The notes beneath the pieces are model-generated. The model did not search any database, was not told the DNA's origin, and saw only the letters and a list, made by a program, of their open reading frames with translations. Positions 62,797 to 64,000 of a stretch of 64,000 nucleotides of DNA are shown piece after piece. Both the position numbers and the translations under genes were made by a program. The stretch is from NCBI RefSeq assembly GCF_963921235.1, contig NC_086118.1:29266001-29330000 (forward strand), written 5' to 3'. Within the stretch, counting starts at the first letter, position 1; each line of letters begins with the position of its first letter. The stretch comes from Mobula hypostoma (taxonomy: Eukaryota).

Positions 62797-63608
62797 GTAT
62801 GTACAGTAAATTCATTAGTTTTTAAGCTAAAAAATAATTCATAGACAACACAGATGCATCAGAAATAACTTGTTTAGCTATTAACATATTTGTGTTAACC
62901 TCAGATTTCTCTTCCATTTATCAATATAGGCCAAGTACTTCATATGCTTTCCAAAATTTCAGAAATATACTTTGAGTAAGCATTATGATTGATGAGTGTG
63001 ATCTCATAGAAAGTGATGTATTGTATTGGGGTATGGAAGAACAGACATGGTATATTTGCACTTAATTACAGCCTTTCAATGTATCTTTTTACAATAGGGT
63101 CACTTATGAAAGAGTGAAATTTGAATTATTTTTCAAAAGGCTGTGAACAGAATTGAATGTTGCACTGTCATCAGACATTCCCATGTTCGACCTAGTCATG
63201 GAGCAATAATTTATCTAATTTCCCAAAGGTTTGGTGGAACCAAGTCCTGAGCTTGAGGCTTCCAACTTTCCACACCAATTTTCTTGGTCCTAAATGTGAC
63301 TTCAACAGCCAGTTTAGAAAATTGCCTCTGTATCCTAATGATATAAACTTTACTAGAATTTAAAAGCAGCCACTTTTCATTGCTGGATTTGTTTATATTT
63401 GGACCAAGGCTGACTTGAGATTTGTAAAGTTCCTTGGTGAAACCTAAGCTGAACATAAGTGAGTTATTGGTGGATTGGTGCTGCTTAGTAGTAAAAAAAA
63501 ATTAGATTGCAGGATTTAGTTAGATTTATGAAGTCAGAAAGAGTCGATGATCCATATTAATAAACTTGAATCAGATTTTCATATGAAGTTCATTAACCAG
63601 AACCATTA

Positions 63609-64000
63609 CACTCAATGGCCAGTTTTAGTTACCTGAACACCTGCTTGTTAATGTAAATATCTAATCAGCTAATCATGTGCCAACAACTTAATGCATAAAA
63701 GCATGCAGACCTGTCAAAAGGTTATGTTGTGTTGAGACTAAACATCAGAATGGGAAAAAATTCTGGTCTAAGTCATTTTGACTATGGAATGATTATTGGT
63801 GCCAGGCAAGGTGGTTTGAGTATATCAGAAGCTTCTGATCTACTGGGATTTTCACGCACAACAGTCTCTGAAGTTTACCGAAAATGATGTGGAAAAATAA
63901 AAAAAATCCATGAGCAGCAGTTCTGTGGGCAAAATGCCTTATTAATGAGAGCAGTCAGAGGAGAATGCCCAGACTTGTTCAAGCTGACAGGAAGGCAACA
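63609..64000 (+). mobile_element. Tc1-like transposon 5' end, degenerate, running off the window
   Basis: ta|cactcaatggcc terminus; HTH-like peptide MIIGARQGGLSISEASDLLGFSRTTVSEVYRK* at about 63789-63887. Confidence 0.75.

Noticed and set aside
1..64000. CRISPR arrays, prokaryotic operons, rRNA or endogenous viral genes
   Set aside because: I saw no regularly spaced repeat-spacer array and no long ORFs other than TNRC6C and TE remnants; the DNA is vertebrate and intron-rich.

Overview
This is vertebrate genomic DNA: AT-rich and CpG-depleted, with a repeat set (CR1, Rex1/Babar-type LINEs, V-SINEs, Penelope-like elements) that suggests a cartilaginous fish such as a ray or shark (inference). 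The window lies inside one + strand gene, TNRC6C (GW182 family, miRNA-silencing effector). Eleven coding exons from 19204 to 62796 join in frame through GT-AG introns. They encode the N-terminal REVPPRF exon, the 2.6 kb GW-repeat Argonaute-binding exon, the Ago-hook region, the UBA domain and the start of the Q-rich region. The first and last exons lie outside the window. The introns are full of transposable-element remnants. Most notable: (1) Penelope-like elements carry a minimal hammerhead ribozyme motif and insert as inverted, hairpin-forming pairs with 11-14 bp TSDs; sense-strand ribozyme copies were seen only in such pairs, and solo copies are antisense; (2) an unexplained 53-bp-stem intronic hairpin; (3) a 175-nt AG-free zone with a likely distant branch point and tandem in-frame acceptors; (4) candidate microexons; (5) a strong CTCF motif between exact 20-bp direct repeats. 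All comparisons with human TNRC6C and TE families are from memory, not database searches.
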